DNA of 49,269 bases from a virus (lineage: Duplodnaviria > Caudoviricetes). The stretch lies in the IMG/VR virus record IMGVR_UViG_3300044711_000117, positions 1-49,269 of that record; one strand, given 5' to 3'. Positions 1 to 8,624 of the stretch are shown here, in pieces (within the stretch, counting starts at the first letter, position 1; each line of letters begins with the position of its first letter). The notes beneath the pieces were generated by a model, which was not told where the DNA came from, ran no database searches, and saw only the letters and a program-made list of their open reading frames with translations. Both the position numbers and the translations under genes were made by a program.

Positions 1-32
1 TCACGGCCGGACACCAGCCGCTCGGGGGCGGT

Positions 33-638
33 TCAGCCGTTGTCGTGAGCGGCTGCGATGGCAGCCCACGAGTCGCGTTCGGCCTCGTACTTGGCGACGT
101 ACTTGGCGTTGCCGTACTTGGTCCAGGTGGCGATCTCTTCGTTGGCCTGGGCGATGCCCTGCCTCGCCGCTTCGAGGACCGCCGCGGGGGTCGCCCACGT
201 GTCATCGGTGATGATCGACTTGCCCTCACGCATCTGGCCAGCGACGTAGCCGTACACGGTGGCGAGGGACATGAATGCCTCGCGGTCGTAGAACGCGGCC
301 TTGTAGAAGATCGAGACGCGGCGGCGGCCGAACTGGTCCACGATGTAGGACCACATGGCGTGGTCGGAGCCCTCGCGCTTCCAGCCTTCGGGCAGCGTCG
401 CGGGCATGAACATCGGGTCCGACGGGTCGGGGTCGCCGAAGGCGAAGCCGACCGCTTCGAAGCTGTCGCGCGGGTCGTGGAGCGTGGTCGGGAGCCGGTC
501 GGAGTGGACGAGCTGCTGCTGGCCGCGGGCTTCCTGCGATTCGATCAGGTCGTCGATGCTGTGGCCGCCCATGGCAGCGGCGAGGGCGGTGTACCCGAAC
601 GTTGTGCGGCTTTCGGGGCTGCTGGTGTTCTCGATCAC
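33..638 (-). CDS. Hypothetical phage early protein (201 aa)
   Basis: GTG start with AGGAG RBS; globular-looking sequence (ATLPEGWKREGSDHAMWSYIVD...IFYKAAFYDR). Confidence 0.8.
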   Translation of the reverse strand: MIENTSSPESRTTFGYTALAAAMGGHSIDDLIESQEARGQQQLVHSDRLPTTLHDPRDSFEAVGFAFGDPDPSDPMFMPATLPEGWKREGSDHAMWSYIVDQFGRRRVSIFYKAAFYDREAFMSLATVYGYVAGQMREGKSIITDDTWATPAAVLEAARQGIAQANEEIATWTKYGNAKYVAKYEAERDSWAAIAAAHDNG

Positions 639-718
639 GGGACGTCTCCTGGCATGGTTGGGGTGTGGCCGCGCCCGCTTGCTCCGGGCGCGGCTTCGGG
701 TTGCGTGGGTGGTGGGGC

Positions 719-916
719 TTACAGGGGCGGCTGGCAGGTTGGGCAGACTTCGGCGGGGAAGCCGTGTGTGCCGTACCAGCAGGCGGGCTGGTGGCCGGGT
801 GCGGGGATCGGGTCGAGGAACGCCGCCCAGCCGTCCGCGTAGAACTCCGGGCCGTCTATGTCCAGGACCACTGGGTCCGGCATGGTCGGGTCGTAGGCGA
901 GGCCGGCGTGGGTCAC
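719..916 (-). CDS. Small Cys/His protein, putative Zn-binding (C..H..CPTC)
   Basis: GTGA overlap with the stop of the upstream gene. Confidence 0.6.
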   Translation of the reverse strand: MTHAGLAYDPTMPDPVVLDIDGPEFYADGWAAFLDPIPAPGHQPACWYGTHGFPAEVCPTCQPPL

Positions 917-1323
917 GACGCGGCCTGCTTCGCCACCAGGTGCATGACGGGGATCCGCTGGGTGGTCTCCGCGTCCGGGAGGCCGATCTCGTGGGTGACC
1001 TCGTTGAAGCAGGGCGTCGGCTCGTTGGACGGGTCGACGTAGGGCCCGGCAATGGCCTCCAGTGCCGCGACCTTGGCCCGCTCCTCGTCGAGCTTCCGCG
1101 AGAGGCATTCGACGACGATCTCCGCCTCGGTCGCGTGCTCGATCGCCGTCTCGGCGCGGGCCTTGGCCTGCTCGGTGGCCAAAAACTCCCGGTAGAGCCG
1201 GTCAGTGAACCAGTCGCAGGCGTCCATCAGCAGGCCGTTGCGGGCCGTCAAGTCGGCGATCTGGCGGCGCAGGGCCCGCTGGGAATCGCGGCGCCGCTCG
1301 CCGGTCCGGAGCTTGAGGTTCAC
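913..1323 (-). CDS. Hypothetical coiled-coil protein
   Basis: GTG start with GAGGG RBS, translational coupling, heptad-like helix. Confidence 0.7.
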   Translation of the reverse strand: MNLKLRTGERRRDSQRALRRQIADLTARNGLLMDACDWFTDRLYREFLATEQAKARAETAIEHATEAEIVVECLSRKLDEERAKVAALEAIAGPYVDPSNEPTPCFNEVTHEIGLPDAETTQRIPVMHLVAKQAAS

Positions 1324-1580
1324 GAGGTCCCTCTCTGTTCGGTCGTGACGCGGCTGGGTACGTACCAGCGGCGCCCTGTGGTCTCTCGGCGGTCGAGGAC
1401 GCCCATGCGCCACAGCAGGTCGAGGTCGTGGCGGTGGGTGTGGCGCTGCGGGGCGTCGTAGCGCGCTTTGGCGTAGGCGCGGGCGACACGGGCGGTGGTC
1501 CACTCCCCGCCTTGACGGCGCACCAGGCGCAGCAGCAGGGCCACGCGCGGGTGCAGGGCCTCGGTGGTCGCGGCGGTCAT
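1320..1580 (-). CDS. Putative winged-helix DNA-binding protein
   Basis: GGEWTTARVARAY...RHDLDLLWRMGVL pattern; ATGA coupling. Confidence 0.6.
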   Translation of the reverse strand: MTAATTEALHPRVALLLRLVRRQGGEWTTARVARAYAKARYDAPQRHTHRHDLDLLWRMGVLDRRETTGRRWYVPSRVTTEQRGTS

Positions 1581-1816
1581 CGCAGCCCCCGCTTCTCCCG
1601 CTTGGCGATCCGGTCGAACGCGGCGTCGAACTCGGCCTGCGACGGGGTGCGTCCGGCCGGCCAGTCGGCGGGGGTACGCCACCCGCAGGCCGGGCGCTGA
1701 TCCGTCCACGGGCCACGGCGGCGGAGTGTGCCGCCGCGCCGGCCAAACTCATACGCCAGGGCGCTCAGGCCGACAGCGGCCGGGCCGCCGATGACAATCG
1801 CCAGGTCAGGGATCAT
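1577..1816 (-). CDS. Small membrane-anchored protein
   Basis: N-terminal hydrophobic helix; GGAGG RBS; ATGA coupling. Confidence 0.65.
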   Translation of the reverse strand: MIPDLAIVIGGPAAVGLSALAYEFGRRGGTLRRRGPWTDQRPACGWRTPADWPAGRTPSQAEFDAAFDRIAKREKRGLR

Positions 1817-2121
1817 GACGCCTCCTTCGAGGGTTCGGGCAGACGGGAAACGGGCTTGTCGTCCCACGTGGCGATCTGGACGAAGCCGTCGCGGACGGAG
1901 CGGGTGAAGTCCTGGGCGTGCTGGACTGCGGCCAGGTCGAGGGCCCACTGCTTGCCCCACTCGGTGGCCATCTCCGTCACTGAGCGGGCGTACCGGTCGG
2001 CCGCGCGGCGCCGGCCCTGGTCGGTCCGGCGGTCCCGGGCGATCCGGTGACGGGCCACCAGCGACCCCACCCACGCGGTCAGCACCAGGGCGGCCAGGCC
2101 GTAGCCGAGGACGGCGGTCAC
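1813..2121 (-). CDS. Small membrane-anchored protein
   Basis: N-terminal TM segment (VLGYGLAALVLTAWVGSLV); GTGA coupling. Confidence 0.65.
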   Translation of the reverse strand: MTAVLGYGLAALVLTAWVGSLVARHRIARDRRTDQGRRRAADRYARSVTEMATEWGKQWALDLAAVQHAQDFTRSVRDGFVQIATWDDKPVSRLPEPSKEAS

Positions 2122-2411
2122 GACGTACCGCCCTCGGGGGCCGCACGGTGGGTGCAGGTGCCGTAGAAGCACGGCCCGGCCTGCGCGCGCCACTGCGTCT
2201 TCGACAGCAACTCCACGCGGTAGCCCTGCCGGATCTGCCGCTCACGGTCCCGAGCCCGGGGCGTGAAGTTGCGGTGCGCCTCCTCCGGGCCCGTTGCGCC
2301 GTCCCCGTACTCGGACGCCATGGCGCAGCCCTGACCGTTGAAGAGGACCCAGTGGCAGGAGCGCAGCGACAGCGTCTCCCCGCCGATCTGCACGATAAGC
2401 TGCGGCATCAC
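2118..2411 (-). CDS. Hypothetical protein
   Basis: GGAGG RBS, coupled start and stop. Confidence 0.7.
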   Translation of the reverse strand: MMPQLIVQIGGETLSLRSCHWVLFNGQGCAMASEYGDGATGPEEAHRNFTPRARDRERQIRQGYRVELLSKTQWRAQAGPCFYGTCTHRAAPEGGTS

Positions 2412-3184
2412 GACGCACCGCCTTCGCTGGTCGGCCGGGCGTTCTGGGCGGCCTCGATGGCGCACGCCCACCTGTACGCATCCCACCGGCGGTACACCCG
2501 GCGGCACACCGACCGCGGCCACGACCAGACACGCCCCAACGGGCTGACCCGGGCAGCCTTCGCAGCGTCGTACTGGGCGATGCCCCACACGACCGCGTGG
2601 CAGGCCCACAGGTAGCGCCAGTCGTAGTCGTCGAGCTTCCACTCGTTCGTGTAGCGGAACCGCCAAGCCTCCCCGAACTGGCCTTCGGGCAGGTACTCGA
2701 AGCTGGCCAGGGCCTCGCGGGCGGCCTCCTCGCTACCCGTGCTGTACTCAGCGAGGAAGCCTTCGGTCTTCTCCTGCCAAGCGGCGGTGACCCCGGGGAA
2801 CCACTCCTCGGCCTGCGCCAGTTCGGCGGCGACGTACTTGTCGAACAGGTCGTTGGAGAACTGGATGGCGGGCTCGTTCCAGGCCGTGAGCTTCTCGTGC
2901 CAGTAGTAGACGTTGGGCTGACCGCTGGTAGACGACTCGCGGAACAGCCGGAACATGTCCTCGGTCGGCCAGACGGAGAAGGCGTAGGTTCCGACCGCGC
3001 CGGTGAAGACGAGCTTGTTAGGCCAAGTGACCAGGTCAAAGCGGTAGCCGTTGCCGTCCAGAGCGGCGAACCGCAGGTGCCGGTAGACGCCGTACTCGTG
3101 CAGCACGGTCACCTCGAACCCGGCCGTGCCGCGGGCGAACCGCTCGGCGGCGTCCTTCTCGGCCTTGGTGCGGTAGTCGGTCAT
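2408..3184 (-). CDS. Conserved phage hypothetical protein (LHE.GVYRHLRF...RFDLVTWP type)
   Basis: ATGA coupling; motif typical of a widespread phage hypothetical family. Confidence 0.85.
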   Translation of the reverse strand: MTDYRTKAEKDAAERFARGTAGFEVTVLHEYGVYRHLRFAALDGNGYRFDLVTWPNKLVFTGAVGTYAFSVWPTEDMFRLFRESSTSGQPNVYYWHEKLTAWNEPAIQFSNDLFDKYVAAELAQAEEWFPGVTAAWQEKTEGFLAEYSTGSEEAAREALASFEYLPEGQFGEAWRFRYTNEWKLDDYDWRYLWACHAVVWGIAQYDAAKAARVSPLGRVWSWPRSVCRRVYRRWDAYRWACAIEAAQNARPTSEGGAS

Positions 3185-3567
3185 CGCCGTCCCCCCTTGG
3201 GCGCGGTGAGCGTGAGGGGCTCCCAGATGGCCGCGACCGTCTTGGCCCGCTCGACCAGCCATGCCCGGACAGCTGGTTCGTCGGCCTCAGTGACGACGCA
3301 CTCGGTGGAGCGGAGGATGGCCTTGCGCTGGAGAACCCAGAAGACCTTCAGGACATCCGGCCCGGGCGTCTCGCCTTCGATTAGGTCGTCCGGGTTGTCT
3401 CGCTGCCAGTCCCAGCGGAACGCCAGGTTGAGGTCCGGGTCGTTGTTGCCCCAGTCCTCGTAGAACGAGGCCCACGAGTCATAGACCTCGTGTAGGCCGT
3501 TCTCGTAGTAGTTGCCCTCGTTGCAGTAGTACGGGTGGTCGATCTCCCACAGTCGCTGGTCGCTCAC
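3181..3567 (-). CDS. Conserved phage hypothetical protein (LWEIDHPYYC...DLNLAFRWDW)
   Basis: Coupled ORF, aromatic-rich globular sequence. Confidence 0.85.
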   Translation of the reverse strand: MSDQRLWEIDHPYYCNEGNYYENGLHEVYDSWASFYEDWGNNDPDLNLAFRWDWQRDNPDDLIEGETPGPDVLKVFWVLQRKAILRSTECVVTEADEPAVRAWLVERAKTVAAIWEPLTLTAPKGGRR

Positions 3568-3932
3568 GCGGCCACCCCCGTCCCGGCCTGCGCCAGCTCG
3601 TGGGCGCGGATCGCGACCCGGGCCGCAGTCAGGCCCAGCGCGTACCCGAGGGCCTCCAACTCGGCGGCGTGGACCGCGAGGACGTTCGCGCCGCCCTGCC
3701 GCTGGTCCTCCTCACGGAGCCGGGATGCCTTGGCCCGCAGGCCGTTCGCCTGCGCCTCCATAGCGTCGAGGTCCGCGCCCCACGCGGCCTCATCGACAGC
3801 CCGCCTGTGGGCCCGCTCCAGCACCGGCCAGTCGGCATCCACGGACTCCAGCAGCATGTGCGCCGCCTGCTGCAACGGGGCGAACACCGGGTCGGTGGAA
3901 GGCAGATCCCGCAGCCAGAGACGCGCGCTCAC
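3564..3932 (-). CDS. Hypothetical helical protein
   Basis: GTGA coupling at both ends. Confidence 0.7.
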   Translation of the reverse strand: MSARLWLRDLPSTDPVFAPLQQAAHMLLESVDADWPVLERAHRRAVDEAAWGADLDAMEAQANGLRAKASRLREEDQRQGGANVLAVHAAELEALGYALGLTAARVAIRAHELAQAGTGVAA

Positions 3933-4114
3933 CGGGCCACCGCCTTGCGGGGGCTCTTGACCAGGTACGGGAACGGCCGGGTCTCGGCGTCCAAGTCGGC
4001 GTCGCACAGCAGGTGCGCGTACTCCGCGCGGCGGCCGGACCGCAGGGGCGCCTGCAGCTCCGCCTCCGACACGTCCAGGTCCGCGATCGTCCGCGGCGGC
4101 ATCGAGGCGGTCAC
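3929..4114 (-). CDS. Hypothetical protein (61 aa)
   Basis: GTGA coupling at both ends. Confidence 0.65.
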   Translation of the reverse strand: MTASMPPRTIADLDVSEAELQAPLRSGRRAEYAHLLCDADLDAETRPFPYLVKSPRKAVAR

Positions 4115-4602
4115 CGGGCACCGCCCTCAAGCAGTTTGCCGATAGCGGCGATGGCGTCGGTGACGCCCTGGTTGTACGCCTCGTCCTCCGGCGTACCGGT
4201 GTTGTCCGTCAGGTACTCCGCGCGGGCCGCGTCGATCGCCTCGGCCAGAGTCGCGGCGCGGTCGGCCGCCAGCCGCTCGATCTCGCGGGCCTGCCGCTCG
4301 ACATCGTCCAGCAGGGCGCGCACGTTGGTGGGGGCCTCGGCGATGAAGCGGGCGTTGGCGTAGGCCTGTCCGTCGCCGGCCGATGTGTAGACCAGGGCAA
4401 TGTCGCCGTCGCTGACGTTGCCCTCGGACGGGATCAGGCGCGGCCTCGCCTGCACCGTGTAGACGCCGTCCAGGTCTCGGTGCGACCCCCACGGGCCAGG
4501 CGTCACGGCCTCGACGCGGGCGCGGATCTCGGCGAGCCGCTCAGGGCTCAGCGGGGTGGTCGCCTGCGTCTGGGCAGGCTGGTTCTGCAAAGATGGACTC
4601 AC
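4111..4602 (-). CDS. Ead/Ea22-like phage protein
   Basis: RLAEIRARVEAVTPGPW...ANARFIAEAP..VRALLD signature; GGAG RBS. Confidence 0.7.
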   Translation of the reverse strand: MSPSLQNQPAQTQATTPLSPERLAEIRARVEAVTPGPWGSHRDLDGVYTVQARPRLIPSEGNVSDGDIALVYTSAGDGQAYANARFIAEAPTNVRALLDDVERQAREIERLAADRAATLAEAIDAARAEYLTDNTGTPEDEAYNQGVTDAIAAIGKLLEGGAR

Positions 4603-4687
4603 GGTCCGTCTCCGATCTTGTCTGGTTGATTGGGGTGGATCAGGGCCCCCGCCGGGCTTCGCGGAACGGCGGGCGGCCCGCTGCCGC

Positions 4688-4993
4688 TCAGGCGGCGGCG
4701 CGGCGCGCTACGCGCGGCTCGGGCGGCCGGGTCTCGTAGTTCTCCGCCGACTGGCTCGCGTCCCCTTCGAGGCCGTCCAGGTACGCGGCGACGGCGGTGA
4801 TGCGGGCGGCGACGCACTTTCCGATACGGATGGTCGCGGGGCCCTTTCCAGCCATGCGCCACTTCCGGTAGGTGCTGTACGTGATGCCGAGCCGGGTGGC
4901 GATGCCGGGCACGACGTTCCCGTTGTCGTCGGTGCTGTCCTGCGCGAAGCAGAAACCGGGCGGGGGCTTCTGGTGCTGCTGCCGTGTCGGCAC
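4688..4993 (-). CDS. AlpA/excisionase-like HTH protein
   Basis: IATRLGITYSTYRKWRMAGKGP..IRIGK pattern; directly downstream of the Cro-like gene. Confidence 0.75.
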   Translation of the reverse strand: MPTRQQHQKPPPGFCFAQDSTDDNGNVVPGIATRLGITYSTYRKWRMAGKGPATIRIGKCVAARITAVAAYLDGLEGDASQSAENYETRPPEPRVARRAAA

Positions 4994-5017
4994 GAGGGCT
5001 CCTAGATGCGTGAGGTT

Positions 5018-5275
5018 CTATTCAGTAGTCGAATCGGTCGAATCCGGAGCCGCTGGAGGCGCGAAAAGAACCAGTACAGCAACCCCGACAGCGTCGGCGA
5101 TAGCGTGGGCGAGTTCCATTTCGACGGTCTCCTGCGTGCCAGTGAGCAGTCGGTGCACCAGCGAGTGGTGACAGCCGACGGCTTCGGCGAGCATCCGGGT
5201 GCTGTACGGGGTGCCGCGGCCGGGGTGGTCCATGACCTTGGCCAGGAGATCCCGGTCGCGGAGGGTGTAGCGCAC
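5018..5275 (-). CDS. Cro-like XRE HTH regulator
   Basis: STRMLAEAVGCHHSLVHRLLTG HTH; divergent from the repressor; start could be further upstream (5332). Confidence 0.8.
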   Translation of the reverse strand: MRYTLRDRDLLAKVMDHPGRGTPYSTRMLAEAVGCHHSLVHRLLTGTQETVEMELAHAIADAVGVAVLVLFAPPAAPDSTDSTTE

Positions 5276-5340
5276 TCTCAAGAGGATCTCCGTTAGAACG
5301 AATCGGCTCTCGATGGGAACACTCAACCACACTCATAGCC

Positions 5341-5421
5341 GATTCGTCTACAGATCCGACCGACCGAATCCCCCGTAGCCCAGTAACCTCAGCATCAGTA
5401 GCATCACCCTGTAGACGATTC
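5341..5421. promoter_or_regulatory. Putative immunity operators: inverted pair GATTCGTCTACAG (5341-5353) / CTGTAGACGATTC (5409-5421)
   Basis: 12/13 inverted match in the cro-repressor intergenic gap; weaker copies near 5293 and 5463. Confidence 0.55.
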
Positions 5422-5524
5422 GTCGCCCCTGCGAGATGGTTGTACGGTCTGACCTGCGATTTGCAGAGACGATCCGTACCCGGTGAGAGACAACGGATTG
5501 AGCGAGAAGGAAGGGAAAGGCCCC

Positions 5525-5950
5525 ATGTCGGCGCCCGAGAGTGCCATCGAGAGCCCTCCCCCAGTAGACGCTCCGGCGAGCGACGCACTCAGCCGGCTGG
5601 TCCGCGACGTCCAGGCCACAGGCACCTCGTTCCAGCAGATGGCCGACCGCGCCCGCGCCCGCGGCCACGAGATCAGCAAGCCCTACTTCCAGAAGCTCGC
5701 CGCAGGCAACGTCTCCACCGCGCCGGATCCGAAACGGCTCCTCGCCATCGCCGCCGGCATCCAGGTTCCCCCCAACGTCGTCAAGCGCGCCGCGGCCCTG
5801 CAGTACCTCAACTACCAGGCGACCGAACTCGCGGGATACGACGAGGAGGTGCGCATCATCGTCGCGCACCTCGCGGGCAAGAGCCGCCCGGAGCTGCGCC
5901 GGTGGCGAGCGATGATCGAGGCCGAGGAGAGCGTCGCGGACGATGAGTAA
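5525..5950 (+). CDS. Immunity repressor (XRE-like HTH)
   Basis: SFQQMADRA...ISKPYFQKLAAG HTH; divergent from cro and upstream of int; no peptidase S24 domain. Confidence 0.75.
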   Translation: MSAPESAIESPPPVDAPASDALSRLVRDVQATGTSFQQMADRARARGHEISKPYFQKLAAGNVSTAPDPKRLLAIAAGIQVPPNVVKRAAALQYLNYQATELAGYDEEVRIIVAHLAGKSRPELRRWRAMIEAEESVADDE

Positions 5951-6103
5951 CACCCGACCTTGGTGGCACTGGGTGACATTCTGATAGGAAAAGTAGATAT
6001 TCACCTAACTACTTGTCGTCCTTTGGCCGCCGGTCGTAGTCTTCACGGGCCTCACACATCTGGGCATCTGCTCGTCCGGATGATGGGATGAAGGGGGGGC
6101 ATC

Positions 6104-6385
6104 TTGCTGAACGTGAACTACGCCCTTGACGACAGGATCGACGCCGATCACGCCGTAGTGGTGGAAGAGTCGCGAGGCAGCGTCGAGGTGCGGCTGTCGC
6201 CTGAAGTGTTCTCGGATCAGGCCTGCGCCGCTCTCAATGCGGCTAGCCAGCAATTCCTGGCGGGTGGTCAGTGGTTCCAGCTCTGGCGCGGTGAGATCGT
6301 CTCCATGGAGTCCCCGGAAGACCCGCGTCAGGGAGGCACAGTTGCCCGGCTACATCGAGGACAGGTGGTACACGAAGCGTCCTGA
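6104..6385 (+). CDS. Hypothetical protein between repressor and integrase
   Basis: TTG start with GGGGG RBS; 3' end overlaps the int start. Confidence 0.65.
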   Translation: MLNVNYALDDRIDADHAVVVEESRGSVEVRLSPEVFSDQACAALNAASQQFLAGGQWFQLWRGEIVSMESPEDPRQGGTVARLHRGQVVHEAS

Positions 6386-7721
6386 TCCGGCAACGGGCAA
6401 GCGCCGCCAGACGGCGCGGTACGGCAAGGGCAAACGGTGGAGGGTTGCGGGCATCCCGGGCGTCCGCGACCGTTCCTTCACCCGCGAGGTGGACGCCAAG
6501 CGGTGGCTGGCCGACTCGCAGACCGATTCCAGCCGCGGCACGTTCTACGATCCCCGTGACGGTGAGATCTCTCTGCGCGAGTACGTGGAGCAGCACTGGT
6601 GGCCGACGCTGCGGAAGGCGCCAGGCACCAAGCAGTCGATGCAGTCGCGCGTCTTCAACCACATCCTCCCGCACGTCGGGCATCTGGCCCTGAACCGCAT
6701 CGGCCACGATGAGGTGCTGGCGTGGCAGGCCCGAGCCGAGCGGTCCATCGACGTCAGTACCCTCGTGGTGACCTGGCGGCACTTCTCCTCGATCATGCAG
6801 GCCGCACACAAGGCCAAAAGGGTCCCCGCGAACCCGTTCCGCGACGAGGACCTGAAGGCGCCCGCGGTCCCCAAGTCGAAGGCGAAGGCCTGGTCACCGG
6901 AGACAGTCATCGCGGTCCGCGAGGCACTGCCGCCGCGGTACCGGATCCTGCTGGATCTGGGTATCGGCGCGGGCCTTCGGCAGGGTGAGGCGTTCGGGTT
7001 CTCCCCGGACGACATCGACGGCGACGAGATCGCCGTGGTGCGCCAGGTGGTCGTCATCCGCTCGCGGCTAGCGTTCGCGCCGCCGAAGGGCAACAAGGAG
7101 CGGACGGCGCCATGCCCGCCAGCACTGGCCCGGGCGGTGAAGGAGTACGCCAACGCCTTCCCCACGGTCGAGGTGACGTTGCCGTGGGTGGATCCGGACA
7201 GGCCGAGCCTGGCGTGGGAGGACCGGCCGCTGAGGACGGTGCGGCTGCTGGTGACGACACCCCGTACAGGCGGGAAGAGCGGCGGCGCGGTGAACCGCAG
7301 CCACTTCGACGACAAGCACTGGAAGCCCGCCCTTGCCCGGGCCGGGGTGATCCCGGAGCCGGAGACGGAGGTCACGGGGCACCGGCCGGGTAAGGGACCG
7401 GTGCGCCGGGTGAAGTGGGCGATGCCGCGCGAGGAGGGCTTCCACGTCACGCGGCACACGTTCGCGTCGATCGTGCTGCAGGCCGGCGAGACGGTGACAC
7501 AGTTGGCCGCGTGGCTGGGGCATTCCGATCCGGCGTTCACGCTGCGGACTTACGTGCACTTCATGCCGAAGTCGGGGAGCAGGGGGCTGGCGGCTCTCGG
7601 CGAGTGGGTGGCTCCGGGTGGCGGTGCCGCGGTGGAGATCTCACCGGCTAACGGATCTCCCCAGATTCTCCCCAGCGCACGGTCATCCGGCGATTCTGAG
7701 GGTATCCTCGCAGGTCAATGA
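6342..7721 (+). CDS. int: Tyrosine integrase
   Basis: TTG start after GGAGG; N-terminal arm-binding and SAM-like regions; catalytic GLRQGE, PPKG, HVTRH, LGHS, RTY. Confidence 0.95.
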   Translation: MPGYIEDRWYTKRPDPATGKRRQTARYGKGKRWRVAGIPGVRDRSFTREVDAKRWLADSQTDSSRGTFYDPRDGEISLREYVEQHWWPTLRKAPGTKQSMQSRVFNHILPHVGHLALNRIGHDEVLAWQARAERSIDVSTLVVTWRHFSSIMQAAHKAKRVPANPFRDEDLKAPAVPKSKAKAWSPETVIAVREALPPRYRILLDLGIGAGLRQGEAFGFSPDDIDGDEIAVVRQVVVIRSRLAFAPPKGNKERTAPCPPALARAVKEYANAFPTVEVTLPWVDPDRPSLAWEDRPLRTVRLLVTTPRTGGKSGGAVNRSHFDDKHWKPALARAGVIPEPETEVTGHRPGKGPVRRVKWAMPREEGFHVTRHTFASIVLQAGETVTQLAAWLGHSDPAFTLRTYVHFMPKSGSRGLAALGEWVAPGGGAAVEISPANGSPQILPSARSSGDSEGILAGQ

Positions 7722-7933
7722 CGTGCGGGGCAGACGAGTCGGGCTGTACGCCGGGTTCTGTGCCCCGGGATTCCGTGGCCTGGACCGGAGCCGCCGACTG
7801 ATCTCAGGTGCCGTCTGACCTGCGTTCTCTCCCGTTCAGATGTTGGGTTGACGTGTTCCGAATGGGGGTGGATTCGGGAGTTTCGGGTTCTCCCCCACTG
7901 CTCCCCTCCCCAACCACTCCCCAGATTCTCCCC
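7657..7933. repeat. attP arm-type direct repeats CTCCCCAGATTCTCCCC (7657-7673, 7917-7933) and inverted CGCAGGTCA/TGACCTGCG (7709-7717, 7816-7824)
   Basis: Exact repeats seen flanking the core. Confidence 0.8.
7731..7761 (-). other. rnpB: attP core = 3' terminal fragment of RNase P RNA (ACAGAACCCGGCGTACAGCCCGACTCGTCTG)
   Basis: Contains the conserved ACAGAACCCGGC element of bacterial RNase P RNA followed by a P1-like 3' strand; rest of the gene absent; lies just after the int stop, between arm repeats. Confidence 0.8.
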
Positions 7934-7965
7934 CGCGCCGACAGCGCCGTTGAGGCCGTGAGCAG

Positions 7966-8211
7966 CTACGAAGCGGGTGGCCCGTCCGGGCCGATGCGCC
8001 CGGGCTCATATGGCACGGCCGCCCGGCTGGCTCCGGCGGCACGCTCGCCTTCGAGGATCAGCAGGCAGACCTTGCAGGCACGGATCTCCTGCGCCGGGCC
8101 GTCCTTGGGGTGGAGGACTCCGACGCTGGTGGTCTCGATCCCCGTGCGGGCGCACTGAAAGCACGACCCGATCGCCCATGAGTAGAGGCCGAGGATTGCC
8201 TCACTGTCCAT
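7966..8211 (-). CDS. Small zinc-finger protein (CFQC...CKVC)
   Basis: Two CxxC motifs; GGAG-type RBS; LexA box upstream. Confidence 0.75.
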   Translation of the reverse strand: MDSEAILGLYSWAIGSCFQCARTGIETTSVGVLHPKDGPAQEIRACKVCLLILEGERAAGASRAAVPYEPGRIGPDGPPAS

Positions 8212-8265
8212 TCCTGTCTCCCTGTTGATCTGGGCGCCGCGGTCATGGGGCCCGCAGCTCACTAC

Positions 8266-8281
8266 TTGAACACATGTTCGA
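8266..8281. promoter_or_regulatory. LexA (SOS) box TTGAAC-ACAT-GTTCGA
   Basis: One mismatch to the actinobacterial consensus TCGAAC-N4-GTTCGA; adjacent TTGACA at 8284-8289. Confidence 0.75.
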
Positions 8282-8323
8282 TATTGACACGCACGTACTA
8301 GGCGCGTCACCTGCACCGCCCTT

Positions 8324-8362
8324 GATCAGAAACTGCACAGATCTCTGTGCAGACTTCTGATC
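8324..8362. promoter_or_regulatory. Long palindrome GATCAGAA-A-CTGCACAGA-TC-TCTGTGCAG-AC-TTCTGATC (operator or hairpin)
   Basis: Nested 8-bp and 9-bp perfect inverted arms just upstream of the XRE gene. Confidence 0.6.
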
Positions 8363-8384
8363 TTGGCGACCAGACGTTGTAGGG

Positions 8385-8624
8385 ATGCCATCCCTTGATC
8401 CAGTGCCCGACCACGTGCTTGCGCGGCGCCGACGGATCGGGATGCGAATCCGAGATGCCCGCTTGCATGCTGACCTGACCCAGGAGCGGCTCGGCGAACT
8501 GACGGACATGCACCGCAACACCATCGTGAACATCGAACTAGGCATCTACAGCCCGCGCCTCGACAGCCTGCTGCTGATCGCCGACGCGGTGCGGGTACCC
8601 CTGTCCGACCTGGTGCGCGAGTAA
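8385..8624 (+). CDS. XRE/Cro-family HTH regulator (79 aa)
   Basis: IRDARLHADLTQERLGELTDMHRNTIVNIELG, a classic HTH_3 pattern. Confidence 0.9.
   Translation: MPSLDPVPDHVLARRRRIGMRIRDARLHADLTQERLGELTDMHRNTIVNIELGIYSPRLDSLLLIADAVRVPLSDLVRE

Noticed and set aside
7731-8100. Complete RNase P RNA gene
   Set aside because: Only the last ~31 nt are recognisable; no other conserved RNase P elements (e.g. GAGGAAAGTCC) were seen upstream on that strand, which holds arm repeats and a CDS.
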